Assembly (NCBI GenBank): GCA_964468585.1
Contig: CAYXTM010000005.1
Location: forward strand, 10,247-74,246
Direction: 5' to 3'
Origin: an uncultured Thermoplasmatales archaeon
Lineage (GTDB): Archaea; Thermoplasmatota; Thermoplasmata; Thermoplasmatales; GCA-001856825
DNA: 64,000 nt
A model generated the notes under the pieces. It ran no database searches. It was given only the letters and a program-made list of their open reading frames with translations, and was not told the origin of the DNA. The translations under genes and the position numbers were made by a program. Below, piece by piece: positions 36,064 to 45,373 of this stretch (positions within the stretch are counted from its first letter, which is position 1; every line of letters starts with the position of its first letter).

Positions 36064-37187
36064 TAGAAGGATTTGAAATCTGTTTTCTCCGTTATTTCCT
36101 TTACAAGGGAGACTTCCTTCTGATTTATATTGAGGTCACCAAGTCCAGGCTTTCCATCAGATAATCTGTGGCTGTCCTTTAGGGGCAAGACCTTACCGTC
36201 AGTCAATGTATTCTTCATATCTAGATCTGAATCCAGATCCACAAATTTTACGTTCCTGTGATGAAGGGCAAAATGAATTCCTGCAGCAATTCCTATGGCG
36301 CCTTCCATCATGCAACCAACCATGTTTGGTATACCGGCCGCTTCCGAAATGTCCGCAATTCTCTTGGCATTGTATATCCCTCCACTTTTCATAAGCTTTA
36401 TATTTATGAAATCTGCAGCCTCAGCCTTTATAACAGCTATAGCATCCTCAGGTGTATGAACAGACTCATCGGCCATAACAGGAACAGGGCCCTTGTTTCT
36501 CACATATGCAAGGCCATCTAGGTCCCAAAATTTCACAGGTTGTTCCACCAGTTCAATTCCTAGGTTGTCGAATAGCTCTAAATTTGATACGGCTTCAGAT
36601 GGGCTCCACCCCTGATTTGCATCAATGAATATGTCAATGTTATCCCCCACAAGATTCCTTACTGCCTCAACCCTCTTATAGTCTTCAGCAATATTATCCC
36701 CCACTTTCATCTTTATTCTCTTAATTCCAATACCCTTGAGGTATGATGCCTTTTTTAATGCAGATTCAACGTCCATTATTCCTATAGTAACATCAGTTAT
36801 TATGGAATCCCTGTAGGCACCAAGAAATTTGTAAAGGGGCATTCCGTATTTTCTTGAAAGGAGATCATATATTGCAGTGTCAAATCCCGCCTTAGCAGCA
36901 CTGTTCCTTAATATAGAGGATTCAATGAGCTCGTTTAATTTTGGTATATCGGAAATTTCCCTTCCAATGAGGGAATTGGCAATAACTTTAGATGCCTCTA
37001 TGACAGTCCCCTGTGTTTCTCCAGTAATCCTCGCAGCAGGACTTGCCTCCCCTATTCCAACATAACCATCTTTATCTGTTATCCTGATAAGTACTTCGTC
37101 GCTTTGTTCAGTCGTACCCAAAGAAATTTTAAACGGCGCTTTATAGTATACTGTCCCTTTAAATATTTCTATTTTTTTAATTGTCAT
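36063..37187 (-). CDS. dipeptide epimerase (L-Ala-D/L-Glu epimerase-like, enolase superfamily MLE subgroup)
   Basis: 374 aa. Contains KRIKMKVG (KxK general base), FIDANQGW, VEQP and VMADES (metal ligands), INIKLMKSGG (second Lys) and FVDLDSDLD (the DxD motif associated with dipeptide substrates). Confidence 0.75.
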   Translation of the reverse strand: MTIKKIEIFKGTVYYKAPFKISLGTTEQSDEVLIRITDKDGYVGIGEASPAARITGETQGTVIEASKVIANSLIGREISDIPKLNELIESSILRNSAAKAGFDTAIYDLLSRKYGMPLYKFLGAYRDSIITDVTIGIMDVESALKKASYLKGIGIKRIKMKVGDNIAEDYKRVEAVRNLVGDNIDIFIDANQGWSPSEAVSNLELFDNLGIELVEQPVKFWDLDGLAYVRNKGPVPVMADESVHTPEDAIAVIKAEAADFINIKLMKSGGIYNAKRIADISEAAGIPNMVGCMMEGAIGIAAGIHFALHHRNVKFVDLDSDLDMKNTLTDGKVLPLKDSHRLSDGKPGLGDLNINQKEVSLVKEITEKTDFKSF

Positions 37188-37309
37188 ACCTGTCCTTCAA
37201 TAATGCCTGGCACGTAGATAAATATTCCCGAAATTTTTCCATTAATTTCATTAGATTCCAGGTTAAAATACTGCAAAAATTATATCTGTATATTACAATT
37301 TAGTCTTCA

Positions 37310-38008
37310 ATGATGGTTATCACCAGCGTTGCCGATATTCGCACAGAACCAAGATTTGAGTCTGAAAGAGATTCACAGGTAATATATGGGGAATTTGTTG
37401 AATTGTTGGAGAATCTCGGTGAATGGTCAAAAATAAAATCTATGGATGGTGTTGTTGGTTATATAAAAACTGCGTTATTAGGAGAGGAAAGGAAACGAAA
37501 ATATAAAATAAATTCTATGCACAGAAACGATATCATGGCATTACCCTTTGGAGCTTACGTTGATGAGAAAGATGTTGAACATTTCAAGATACCAAATGCC
37601 TTTCTTGAACCTATAGATAAGATATTTAATCCTTTAAAGCTTTATAAAAAGTTCATGGGAGTCCCATATCTTTGGGGTGGAACCTCAGATTTTGGATTTG
37701 ACTGTTCAGGCTTTACCCAGAGACTTTTCCGATTTTCTGGATTAGAGATTCTAAGGAATTCATCGCAGCAAAGAGATACTTCCGAAACAGTAAAAAACTT
37801 TGAAGAGGCGTTGCCAGGCGATCTTATATTCTTCAAAGGACATGTTGCCCTTTACTTAGGGAATGGAGAGATCGTTCATGCCAATGGGAGATTTTCTCGC
37901 GTCACAAAGAATAATCTTTTCGACGGCTCTGAATACGCCAGAACATTGATGAGTATATTTGAAAAAATAGGTAGGTTTAAGGTTCCATGGGAAACTGAGG
38001 AGCCATGA
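37310..38008 (+). CDS. cytoplasmic NlpC/P60 cysteine peptidase with N-terminal SH3b-like domain (YkfC / gamma-D-glutamyl-diamino-acid endopeptidase-like)
   Basis: 232 aa with no signal peptide (MMVITSVADIRTEP...). SH3b-like EFVELLENLGEWSKIKSMDGVVGYIK. NlpC/P60 core YLWGGTSDFGFDCSGFTQ (catalytic Cys) and GHVALYLGNGEIVHA (His/His). TATA-like AAAAATTATATC lies about 29 nt upstream. Confidence 0.8.
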   Translation: MMVITSVADIRTEPRFESERDSQVIYGEFVELLENLGEWSKIKSMDGVVGYIKTALLGEERKRKYKINSMHRNDIMALPFGAYVDEKDVEHFKIPNAFLEPIDKIFNPLKLYKKFMGVPYLWGGTSDFGFDCSGFTQRLFRFSGLEILRNSSQQRDTSETVKNFEEALPGDLIFFKGHVALYLGNGEIVHANGRFSRVTKNNLFDGSEYARTLMSIFEKIGRFKVPWETEEP

Positions 38009-38322
38009 AGAATCTATCTAAAAAAATGGAACTTACTGATGATCTGATATTCCACGTGCTTATGCACTTTAAGAGATTTGGCGTGGACTATGCCAAATCC
38101 GTCGGACGCGACTTGGAAATAAACAAAAGAGATGTATGTGAAATATTAAAGAAACTTTTTGAAATGGGTCTTCTTGAAAAAAGAAGATCAGGCATGCTTA
38201 AAAGGAAGGAAGCAAGGTTGAAGAAGAGGGTAACTACCCACCCCCATCATACATATTATCAACTCAGTGAAAAAGGTGAGGAATTTTTGAAAAAATTCTT
38301 GGAAAATAGGGGCTACGCATAG
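38005..38322 (+). CDS. winged-helix DNA-binding protein (DUF2250-like)
   Basis: 105 aa with a wHTH pattern (DYAKSVGRDLEINKRDVCEILKKLFEMGLLEK). It has an ATGA overlap with the NlpC/P60 stop. Confidence 0.5.
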   Translation: MKNLSKKMELTDDLIFHVLMHFKRFGVDYAKSVGRDLEINKRDVCEILKKLFEMGLLEKRRSGMLKRKEARLKKRVTTHPHHTYYQLSEKGEEFLKKFLENRGYA

Positions 38323-38396
38323 TCCAGCCTATAATCCAAATTGAAATTGCATTATCTATAAATTACTTAAAATAATCCAAGAATTGGTTGACTTAG

Positions 38397-39230
38397 ATGA
38401 TTGCTATTTATATTACCCCATTGCAGTATATATTATCTATTGTCTCAGGTTTCCTAGTGGGGTTGTCGTTGGGAATGATTGGCGGAGGGGGATCAATTCT
38501 TGCAGTACCTCTCTTGTTATATTTTGTGGGTCTTGCATATGATGCTCATACTAAATCGGCTGCAAATTTGATTGACCATATTGTAATAGGTACTACAGCG
38601 CTCGCCGTCGGTCTTAATGCTTACATAAACTCCATTATGCACTTTGCAAAAAGGAATGTGAAGCTGAAGAAGGGAGTTGTGTTTACCCTTCCAGGTGTAA
38701 TAGGTTCTTTCTTGGGAGCCTATATCGGGCATCTGGTTAATGGATCATCGCTCCTCTTCCTCTTCGGAATTCTCATGATAATTGTAGCTTATCTAATGCT
38801 CCGCAGGAGGGAATCAAAAAATACAGTAAAGGAAGAAGGGTGCAATGTAAGGTATTTGCTGCTTGTACCCACAGGATTAGCAGTAGGTTTCCTTTCCGGA
38901 TTTTTTGGTATCGGAGGGGGATTCCTAATAGTTCCGTCATTAATGGCCGCAGGTGCAATGGAAATAACCAATGCTGTTGGCACATCATTGATAGCCGTAG
39001 GGACATTTGGAATCGTAAGTGCATCAACTTATGCCTTGTACAATGAAATTGATGTATATATCTCGCTACTTTACCTAGTGGGCGGGGTAGTGGGTGGATA
39101 TATTGGAACAAAGATTGCTGTATCCATAAATAAGGATAGGCTAAGACTGATCTATGCAGTAGTGATAATTCTTGTTGCAATATACCTGATGTATAAGAAT
39201 CTTTCGGGTCTCGGATTCATCCATCCATGA
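38397..39230 (+). CDS. TauE/SafE-family anion (sulfite-type) exporter
   Basis: 277 aa with about 8 TM helices. The duplicated GxxxGMIGGGGSIL / GFFGIGGGFLIVP glycine-rich motifs are typical of TauE/DUF81. Confidence 0.75.
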   Translation: MIAIYITPLQYILSIVSGFLVGLSLGMIGGGGSILAVPLLLYFVGLAYDAHTKSAANLIDHIVIGTTALAVGLNAYINSIMHFAKRNVKLKKGVVFTLPGVIGSFLGAYIGHLVNGSSLLFLFGILMIIVAYLMLRRRESKNTVKEEGCNVRYLLLVPTGLAVGFLSGFFGIGGGFLIVPSLMAAGAMEITNAVGTSLIAVGTFGIVSASTYALYNEIDVYISLLYLVGGVVGGYIGTKIAVSINKDRLRLIYAVVIILVAIYLMYKNLSGLGFIHP

Positions 39231-39609
39231 ATGGCCTTAATTTTTCCACGATTTTTTCATCCAATTTTTTCTTTCTCATATCTCTATCCACTGATACAAC
39301 CACAATTTCACATTTGGCAGATAACTTGGAACTGCTTTCATTATATATTTCATAGGAGAAAGTGAGATGCGAATTTCCGATTTCTTTCACCCCCAGGGAC
39401 ACGCTGGCAACCTCATTGAATCTCAATGGTGACTTGAAGGAACATTTAGCATCAACACGAGGTAGGAAGGTTTCTCCATCCTCCACGCCAAGGCTGTTCA
39501 TAAATTCCTGTTCGGTCCTCTCACACAGTCTAAAATAATTAGAGAAATGCATTATTCCGAGAGCATCTGTATCTACCCATGCTATCCTGTACTTGAAATT
39601 GAATTTCAT
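39217..39609 (-). CDS. acyl-CoA thioesterase, 4HBT/YbgC hot-dog fold
   Basis: 130 aa with N-terminal YRIAWVDTDALGIMHFSNYFRLCE, typical of YbgC-like thioesterases. It has a 4-nt overlap with etfA. Confidence 0.7.
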   Translation of the reverse strand: MKFNFKYRIAWVDTDALGIMHFSNYFRLCERTEQEFMNSLGVEDGETFLPRVDAKCSFKSPLRFNEVASVSLGVKEIGNSHLTFSYEIYNESSSKLSAKCEIVVVSVDRDMRKKKLDEKIVEKLRPFMDG

Positions 39610-40523
39610 TTCTTTACCTCCTGAAGTTTGTTCAATATTGCAGGCACTATATCCTTAAAGTCACCAACAATGCCGTAATCTGCATATTTGAATATTGGTG
39701 CATTGGGGTCCTTGTTTATGGCAATTATTTTTTTGGCATTCCTTATTCCAGCAAGGTGTTGAACTGCCCCGGAAATACCAATAGCAATGTAGAGATTTGG
39801 CGATATAATTTTTCCAGTCTGACCAACCTGATATGATTGTGGTACCCAACCGAGATCAACAATGGCTCTCGATGCCCCAGTTCCTGCTTTAAGTAGGTCA
39901 GCCAATTTCTCAATATATGAGTAATTTTCCTTTGATTCAAGTCCACGCCCCCCTGAGACAACAATTGAGGCCGTTTCAACGGGAGGCCTATCCCCAACTA
40001 TGTTCTTGCTTTCTATCAGTTGGACATTGGATTTACAATCGCTATTCACCCGTTCAAACTCCACTTTCTTTTCCAATATTTTGATGGGGAAGGAATTTGG
40101 TTTGAAAAGGATAATAGCCTTACCATTTACCTTAATCTTTCCGATAAGCTTCCCGGTAAAGAAGTCTCTAGTAATTTGAAATCCATTTTCATTCCTGATA
40201 TCATAAACATCATTATAGTAACTCATGGATAGCATCATGGAGAGGTATGCCGCAACTTCCTTATTCTTAACGTTTGATTCACCAAATATGAGATCATAAT
40301 TTTCCCTTCTAACCTGTTCAAGAATAAAGTCAGCATAGCACTTGTTGTATAATGGACTAGATGGAATTATAACCTTATCAAGACCTAAAACCTGAAGTTC
40401 TTCAGACCTGCTTTGAATTCCATGAATTGTTGACCCCATTTCATTGGCCTTGGATATGGCTTCAATGGTACCCCTACTTACCTCTTTGGAGAATTCGCTC
40501 AATAAAACAAGAATCTTCATCAT
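39606..40523 (-). CDS. etfA: electron transfer flavoprotein, alpha subunit
   Basis: 305 aa. The C-terminal FAD domain contains VVSGGRG, VGQTGKIISPNLYIAIGISGAVQHLAG and AINKDPNAPIF. Confidence 0.85.
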   Translation of the reverse strand: MMKILVLLSEFSKEVSRGTIEAISKANEMGSTIHGIQSRSEELQVLGLDKVIIPSSPLYNKCYADFILEQVRRENYDLIFGESNVKNKEVAAYLSMMLSMSYYNDVYDIRNENGFQITRDFFTGKLIGKIKVNGKAIILFKPNSFPIKILEKKVEFERVNSDCKSNVQLIESKNIVGDRPPVETASIVVSGGRGLESKENYSYIEKLADLLKAGTGASRAIVDLGWVPQSYQVGQTGKIISPNLYIAIGISGAVQHLAGIRNAKKIIAINKDPNAPIFKYADYGIVGDFKDIVPAILNKLQEVKK

Positions 40524-40529
40524 TTCACC

Positions 40530-41276
40530 TCAGATAACTCTCAATTCATCTCTTAAAATAGATACGAACTGCTGGGCTATCTGGTCAGGAGTCCCAGATA
40601 TAATAACAGCCCCCTTCTTCTCTGGCTTGTTTTCATAATATATTTCCACCTTATCATTTTCCACTTTCCTTTCTATTATGGATATTGGCATTTTCTTACT
40701 TTTCATCACGTTAGGTAGAGTTGGATATCTGGGATTGTTTATTCCTTTCCTGACCGTAATCAATGCCGGCATTCGAAGTTTGAATGTTTCTTCAGAATCC
40801 TCTGTCAATCTTCTTACCACCAATGAATTACCGTCAATATTCTCCTCTATAACTTCGCTCAGAAACGAATAGTTTAGAATGGACGCAATCATGATAGGCA
40901 CAGTTGCAAAATTATCATCAATCCCTTCACGGCCTGTGATAATTATATCAAAATTCATGGAAGAAATCGTTTCTCCAATTAATTTAGATCTATGCAGTGG
41001 ATCAGTTACCTCAGTGTCTGTTTTAATCAATATGGCACTGTCAGCACCAACGGCCATAGCATACCTTAGTTCATCTTCCCTTCCAGTTGAATTTAAGGTC
41101 ACAGCTGTGACCTTCGCTCCCAATTTTTCTTTAATCCTGACGGCCTCCTCAATCGCAAATTCATCGAAAGGATTGGTTACGGTTTTTCCAGAGACTATTT
41201 TGACCTTCCCGTTTTCAGCAGTCAATTTAGATTCAGTATCGGGTACTGATTTGACAAGGACACCGATATTAAGCAT
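40530..41276 (-). CDS. etfB: electron transfer flavoprotein, beta subunit
   Basis: The ORF opens at 41333, but MLNIGVLVKSVPD at 41276 is the canonical EtfB N-terminus. NPFDEFAIEEAVRIKE is also present. It lies immediately upstream of etfA. Confidence 0.85.
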   Translation of the reverse strand: MLNIGVLVKSVPDTESKLTAENGKVKIVSGKTVTNPFDEFAIEEAVRIKEKLGAKVTAVTLNSTGREDELRYAMAVGADSAILIKTDTEVTDPLHRSKLIGETISSMNFDIIITGREGIDDNFATVPIMIASILNYSFLSEVIEENIDGNSLVVRRLTEDSEETFKLRMPALITVRKGINNPRYPTLPNVMKSKKMPISIIERKVENDKVEIYYENKPEKKGAVIISGTPDQIAQQFVSILRDELRVI

Positions 41277-41396
41277 TATGGGATTATGGAATACACCAAT
41301 AAATCCCTTTTTCAGTTTTAATCCTTTTTGCAAGATCGAATATTGAATGTTATTAATATAACAAAAGATATCAAATAATTAAATTTATACCAATAT

Positions 41397-42056
41397 ATGG
41401 AGAAGATAAGCAAGAGGGTTTCCGAGTACCTTTCAACAAATCCATGTATTCTTCAGGCTGTCCAACTAGGAATAGTAAATTCATCATCATTGGCTAGGTA
41501 TGTGATGAAGGAAATAGGAACACAGAAATACAATGCTGTTGTGGTGGCATTAAAAAGATATCCTCAACATAATCCATCTCTGGAGTCAGAGTACAAAAAG
41601 ATACTTCAGCAATCAAGGATTGAGGCATATTTTTCAATAGCTAACATCACAGTAAAGAATACCCCAGATATATTTGACAGGTTATCTTCTCTCTATAAAA
41701 ATATAATTGAACTTGGCGGTAGATTCAGGGTTGTACAGGGAGTCCAGGGAACTGTGATCGTTGTTGACTCAGGAAATGTGAAGAAAGTCATGGACGCTTT
41801 CGGTGAAAATGTAATCAATTTTAAGGAAGATCTGGCGGAACTAGTCATAATTTCCCCCGAGGTAATACAGGAGATTAGGGGTTATGTGGCTTATATCTCT
41901 TCAATCCTAGCCTCCAACGGAATTAACATATATCAGATTGCATCATTTTATACAGACCTGACCTTTATAATGGATGAAAAATATTTGAATCTAGGGCTCT
42001 CCATGCTTTCAAAGTTAGCAAAACCTGAGGACACCAATACTAATGATCCGAAATAA
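41397..42056 (+). CDS. ACT-domain-containing putative regulatory protein
   Basis: 219 aa. The N-terminal part is helical. The C-terminal part has an aspartokinase-like ACT pattern (LAELVIISPEVIQEIRGYVAYISSILASNGINIYQIASFYTDLTFIMDE). The family assignment is tentative. Confidence 0.4.
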   Translation: MEKISKRVSEYLSTNPCILQAVQLGIVNSSSLARYVMKEIGTQKYNAVVVALKRYPQHNPSLESEYKKILQQSRIEAYFSIANITVKNTPDIFDRLSSLYKNIIELGGRFRVVQGVQGTVIVVDSGNVKKVMDAFGENVINFKEDLAELVIISPEVIQEIRGYVAYISSILASNGINIYQIASFYTDLTFIMDEKYLNLGLSMLSKLAKPEDTNTNDPK

Positions 42057-42504
42057 CCTCAAATTCGCACCTAGTGGACAATCTCTTCCCTATCAAAGTT
42101 GGGTTATCCTCTGTGGGCATGCTAATTACGTTGAACCTTCTACCCATATACTTTCCAATGTAAGCAATGGACCTGCCCCTGCTATTTATTATTATAACAT
42201 CTCCTGAATTTGCAATCGGTGCTAGTGGCGGGAAAGTGAGACCATATCCTACACCAGCGATAATGTTCAAAATAATGTAAGCGCCCAGACTCAAATTCAC
42301 TAATTCAAAAGAAAGGGGACCGATTCCTATGAATAAGATGGATATAACATATAATCCAGGCCCTACATAGCATCCATAAGAGTTGTTTAATTTGTATCTG
42401 GCAACCGTATTATGTTTGAACCTATAATTAAGATAAACTGCCCTTATCAGTGCGGCTGCTATGGTAATTACCACAAATACAGCGAGACCTATCTTAGGAT
42501 TCAT
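42040..42504 (-). CDS. small membrane protein, unknown function
   Basis: 154 aa with 3-4 TM helices followed by a short soluble beta-rich tail. It has a 4-nt overlap with the upstream PP-loop gene. Confidence 0.4.
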   Translation of the reverse strand: MNPKIGLAVFVVITIAAALIRAVYLNYRFKHNTVARYKLNNSYGCYVGPGLYVISILFIGIGPLSFELVNLSLGAYIILNIIAGVGYGLTFPPLAPIANSGDVIIINSRGRSIAYIGKYMGRRFNVISMPTEDNPTLIGKRLSTRCEFEVISDH

Positions 42505-43409
42505 ATCTTCAGCTCCATTAGCATTGCACAGGATTTACATATTTCTCCAGCAGATGGTGCGCCACAAATTTTACACCTTTGCATTTCAACCCTATTTTCG
42601 TTCATCTCAAGTAGAGCCTTTATTTGATCAAATGAATTCAGAATAGCGAACTTGGTTCCAGGAGTCCTTTCTTCCCATTTGTCGATCGATTCCCTGAACT
42701 CATTTCTTATGGCATCTCCTGCGTATGGGCATTCTGCATGTGAGAACGGTATAGAATTTGAAATAGCATAAATTAGGACTTCTTTCTCAGGTATTTTCCT
42801 GAGAGGTTGCAATCTTGGAATCAGGCCATCTTTCTTCCTAAAGTGGGGCCCTAATCTTTCTAGCCTGTCTAGGTCTCCCCTTGCCATGTTCATTATGACT
42901 GTCTGTACTGAATCATCTAGATTCAGCCCTGTAACGACATAATCAGCGTCAATGTCCACAGAAAGGTCATTGAGTGATTTCCTTCTGAAGACTCCACAAT
43001 AACTACATGGGAGTAAACCTCCTTTTTTCGCAATCTCATCAATTGTAATACCAAATTTGTCCTTAAACGAGATAACAGTATGTTTTACTCCAATTTTCTC
43101 AGTAAGCTGCCTTGCTGATTGAAGGGTCTTGCTTCTATACCCCTCGATCCCTTCATCTATTGTTATTGCTTCAATAGAAACATCCCTTCTCTTTCCGAAA
43201 ATCTTATGTGTAAGATATAATGCTACCGAGCTGTCTTTTCCACCTGACAGGGCCACCGCAATCTTTGTAGGCCCCTCAATTTTTAGCTGATTCCTGAATT
43301 CTAATCTAACCCTTTTCTCAAGGAATCTGTTGAAATGTTCCTTACAAAGGTGAGTCCCATTGTATCTGATATGAATCATCGCATTTCTGTCGCAAAATGA
43401 ACATTTCAT
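42501..43409 (-). CDS. PP-loop tRNA 2-thiouridine sulfurtransferase (TtuA/NcsA-like)
   Basis: 302 aa. Has an N-terminal CxxC...C..H zinc finger (CSFCDRN...HLCKEHF), the PP-loop ALSGGKDSSV, central LPCSYCGVFRR cysteines and a C-terminal CKICGAPSAGEICKSC finger. Confidence 0.8.
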   Translation of the reverse strand: MKCSFCDRNAMIHIRYNGTHLCKEHFNRFLEKRVRLEFRNQLKIEGPTKIAVALSGGKDSSVALYLTHKIFGKRRDVSIEAITIDEGIEGYRSKTLQSARQLTEKIGVKHTVISFKDKFGITIDEIAKKGGLLPCSYCGVFRRKSLNDLSVDIDADYVVTGLNLDDSVQTVIMNMARGDLDRLERLGPHFRKKDGLIPRLQPLRKIPEKEVLIYAISNSIPFSHAECPYAGDAIRNEFRESIDKWEERTPGTKFAILNSFDQIKALLEMNENRVEMQRCKICGAPSAGEICKSCAMLMELKI

Positions 43410-43456
43410 TACGGATGTAGTGAAAAAAAATATTAAAGCCTTATTTATATTCCATT

Positions 43457-44179
43457 ATGGAAGATTTTGAAAAAGAGCTGCAGGAGATAAGTTCGTATTT
43501 TGAAAAATTCAGCATGACAGAATACGAACTGAGGGCCTTCTTGGCACTTACGATGCTTGGCACAGGAACCCCAGATAATATAGCTGAAATTGCTAAAATA
43601 CCCAGGACGTCCACATATAAGATACTGGAAAAGCTAGAAGAACGTGGCCTTATAAAATCAGTTGAGGGGAGACCAAAGGTATTCAAAGCTAGGAATCTCT
43701 ATGAAGTAAGGAAGATGTTTTCAGAGAATCTCGATAACCTATTCGATAAACTTGCTAGTTTGGCTGATGTTCTTACAGAAAGAGGTGAACCACAATTAAT
43801 ATACACCATATACGGAAAGGAAAAAGTCATAGAGAAAATGAAAGAACTGCTCAATAGTGCTGAAAAATACGCAGTTATATCAACTCCAAAATTGAGGGAG
43901 ATCAGGGTTGAGCTAGGAAAAGAAATAGAGGCAGCTGAGTCAAGAAATGTACAGATATCTGTCATAGCTCCGGACAATCAAAGGGCACCGCCGGGAGTGA
44001 GAATTTATAGAAATAACAATTTAATTGCCACTGATATGGTAGTTGATGGGTTAAGGGCCATTATAGCTGCTCCCGATCTGAGTGCATGCGGCTTCTCCGA
44101 CAACCCATTATTGGTGGAACATCTTGATAAATTCCTGGAAATTCTGACCATGAGAAAACAGATGGTACAGTATCCATAG
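43457..44179 (+). CDS. TrmB-family transcriptional regulator
   Basis: 240 aa. Has an N-terminal TrmB wHTH (MTEYELRAFLALTMLGTGTPDNIAEIAKIPRTSTYKILEKLEERGLI) and a C-terminal effector-type domain. Confidence 0.75.
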   Translation: MEDFEKELQEISSYFEKFSMTEYELRAFLALTMLGTGTPDNIAEIAKIPRTSTYKILEKLEERGLIKSVEGRPKVFKARNLYEVRKMFSENLDNLFDKLASLADVLTERGEPQLIYTIYGKEKVIEKMKELLNSAEKYAVISTPKLREIRVELGKEIEAAESRNVQISVIAPDNQRAPPGVRIYRNNNLIATDMVVDGLRAIIAAPDLSACGFSDNPLLVEHLDKFLEILTMRKQMVQYP

Positions 44180-44202
44180 TTGACTTTTTATGGGGTATCT
44201 TA

Positions 44203-44772
44203 ATGGTCAAGATATACGTGATGGATAACGGAGGTCAATGGACACACAGAGAATGGAGGGTATTAAGAGAACTTGGTGTTGAAACAGAAATAAAGAGGAA
44301 TGATGTGCCCTTAAGTGCCATTGAAGATGCTGATGGTTTAGTGTTATCAGGCGGAGCTGCAACGATAGAATATGAATCCTTTAAGCTTGGGAAGACTTCT
44401 GAGTACTTGGAGAAACTGGAAATACCTATACTCGGAATCTGTGCTGGGGCACAATTTATGGGCTTATATTATGGTGGAAAAGTTGGAAGAGCTGAAACTC
44501 CTGGGTTTGGAAAGGTAAAAATCTCCATTTTGGAAAGTGACCATATATTTAAGGATTTACCAAATGAAATAATTGCCTGGGAAAGCCATAACGATGAGAT
44601 TAAAGAACTTCCACATGGGTTTGAACTCCTGGCTTCATCGGAAAATTGCAAAGTGGAGGCATTTTACAATGATAAGTTAAAAAGGTATGCGGTGCAGTTC
44701 CATCCTGAGGTGGAGCACACTCAGTACGGGAGGAAAATATTCGAAAATTTTATCAGTTTATGTGAGCCCTGA
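44203..44772 (+). CDS. guaAA: GMP synthase, glutamine amidotransferase subunit A
   Basis: 189 aa class-I GATase. Contains ILGICAGAQF (nucleophile Cys) and QFHPEVEHT (His/Glu). Confidence 0.85.
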   Translation: MVKIYVMDNGGQWTHREWRVLRELGVETEIKRNDVPLSAIEDADGLVLSGGAATIEYESFKLGKTSEYLEKLEIPILGICAGAQFMGLYYGGKVGRAETPGFGKVKISILESDHIFKDLPNEIIAWESHNDEIKELPHGFELLASSENCKVEAFYNDKLKRYAVQFHPEVEHTQYGRKIFENFISLCEP

Positions 44773-45286
44773 TAAAATCTCTGACTTTACCCCTGAATTC
44801 ATCCAATGTGCCCTCGTTACATATGTAGTAATCGGCTGTGGCTAAGACGTTCCCTATACCCCAACTCAATTCTCTTTTTTCCCTATTTTCAAATTCTTCT
44901 TCATTTTTCGGATCATCAGCCCTTCCCCTTTCAAGTAATCTTTTCAACCTATGCACTCTTCCAGAGGATATACCAACTACCAACCCTATATCTGCATCCT
45001 GTTTGAACCTTTGAATTTCTTCAACGTTTCTTACTCCCTCAATGACTATAAATTTAGTTTTTACCCTATCTAATGTTCTTTTTGCCCATATATCCATTCC
45101 ATATTTCTTTCTCTCCTCATTTGCGACAAATCCGCTCTTTGAGATATCTAATCCAGTCTTAACAGTGAATTCCCTTACGATATCTCCCATATTAATTACT
45201 TCAACTCCAAGTTCTCTTGCCACATTTGCAAATTCATCTTTCCCTGAGCCGGGCATCCCGACAATAAGTATAGCCTTGAACTTCAT
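44753..45286 (-). CDS. P-loop nucleotide kinase (UPF0200 / CoaE-like)
   Basis: The ORF opens at 45358, but MKFKAILIVGMPGSGKDEF at 45286 puts the Walker A at the usual N-terminal position. The adenylate-kinase-like fold is inferred. Confidence 0.6.
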   Translation of the reverse strand: MKFKAILIVGMPGSGKDEFANVARELGVEVINMGDIVREFTVKTGLDISKSGFVANEERKKYGMDIWAKRTLDRVKTKFIVIEGVRNVEEIQRFKQDADIGLVVGISSGRVHRLKRLLERGRADDPKNEEEFENREKRELSWGIGNVLATADYYICNEGTLDEFRGKVRDFIRAHIN

Positions 45287-45373
45287 GCATTTGGTAATCT
45301 GATTCAAATATTTTAATGAATATATGGTAATTATCGAAAATATTGTCTTACCTTTCAATAAATCAAATTAATT

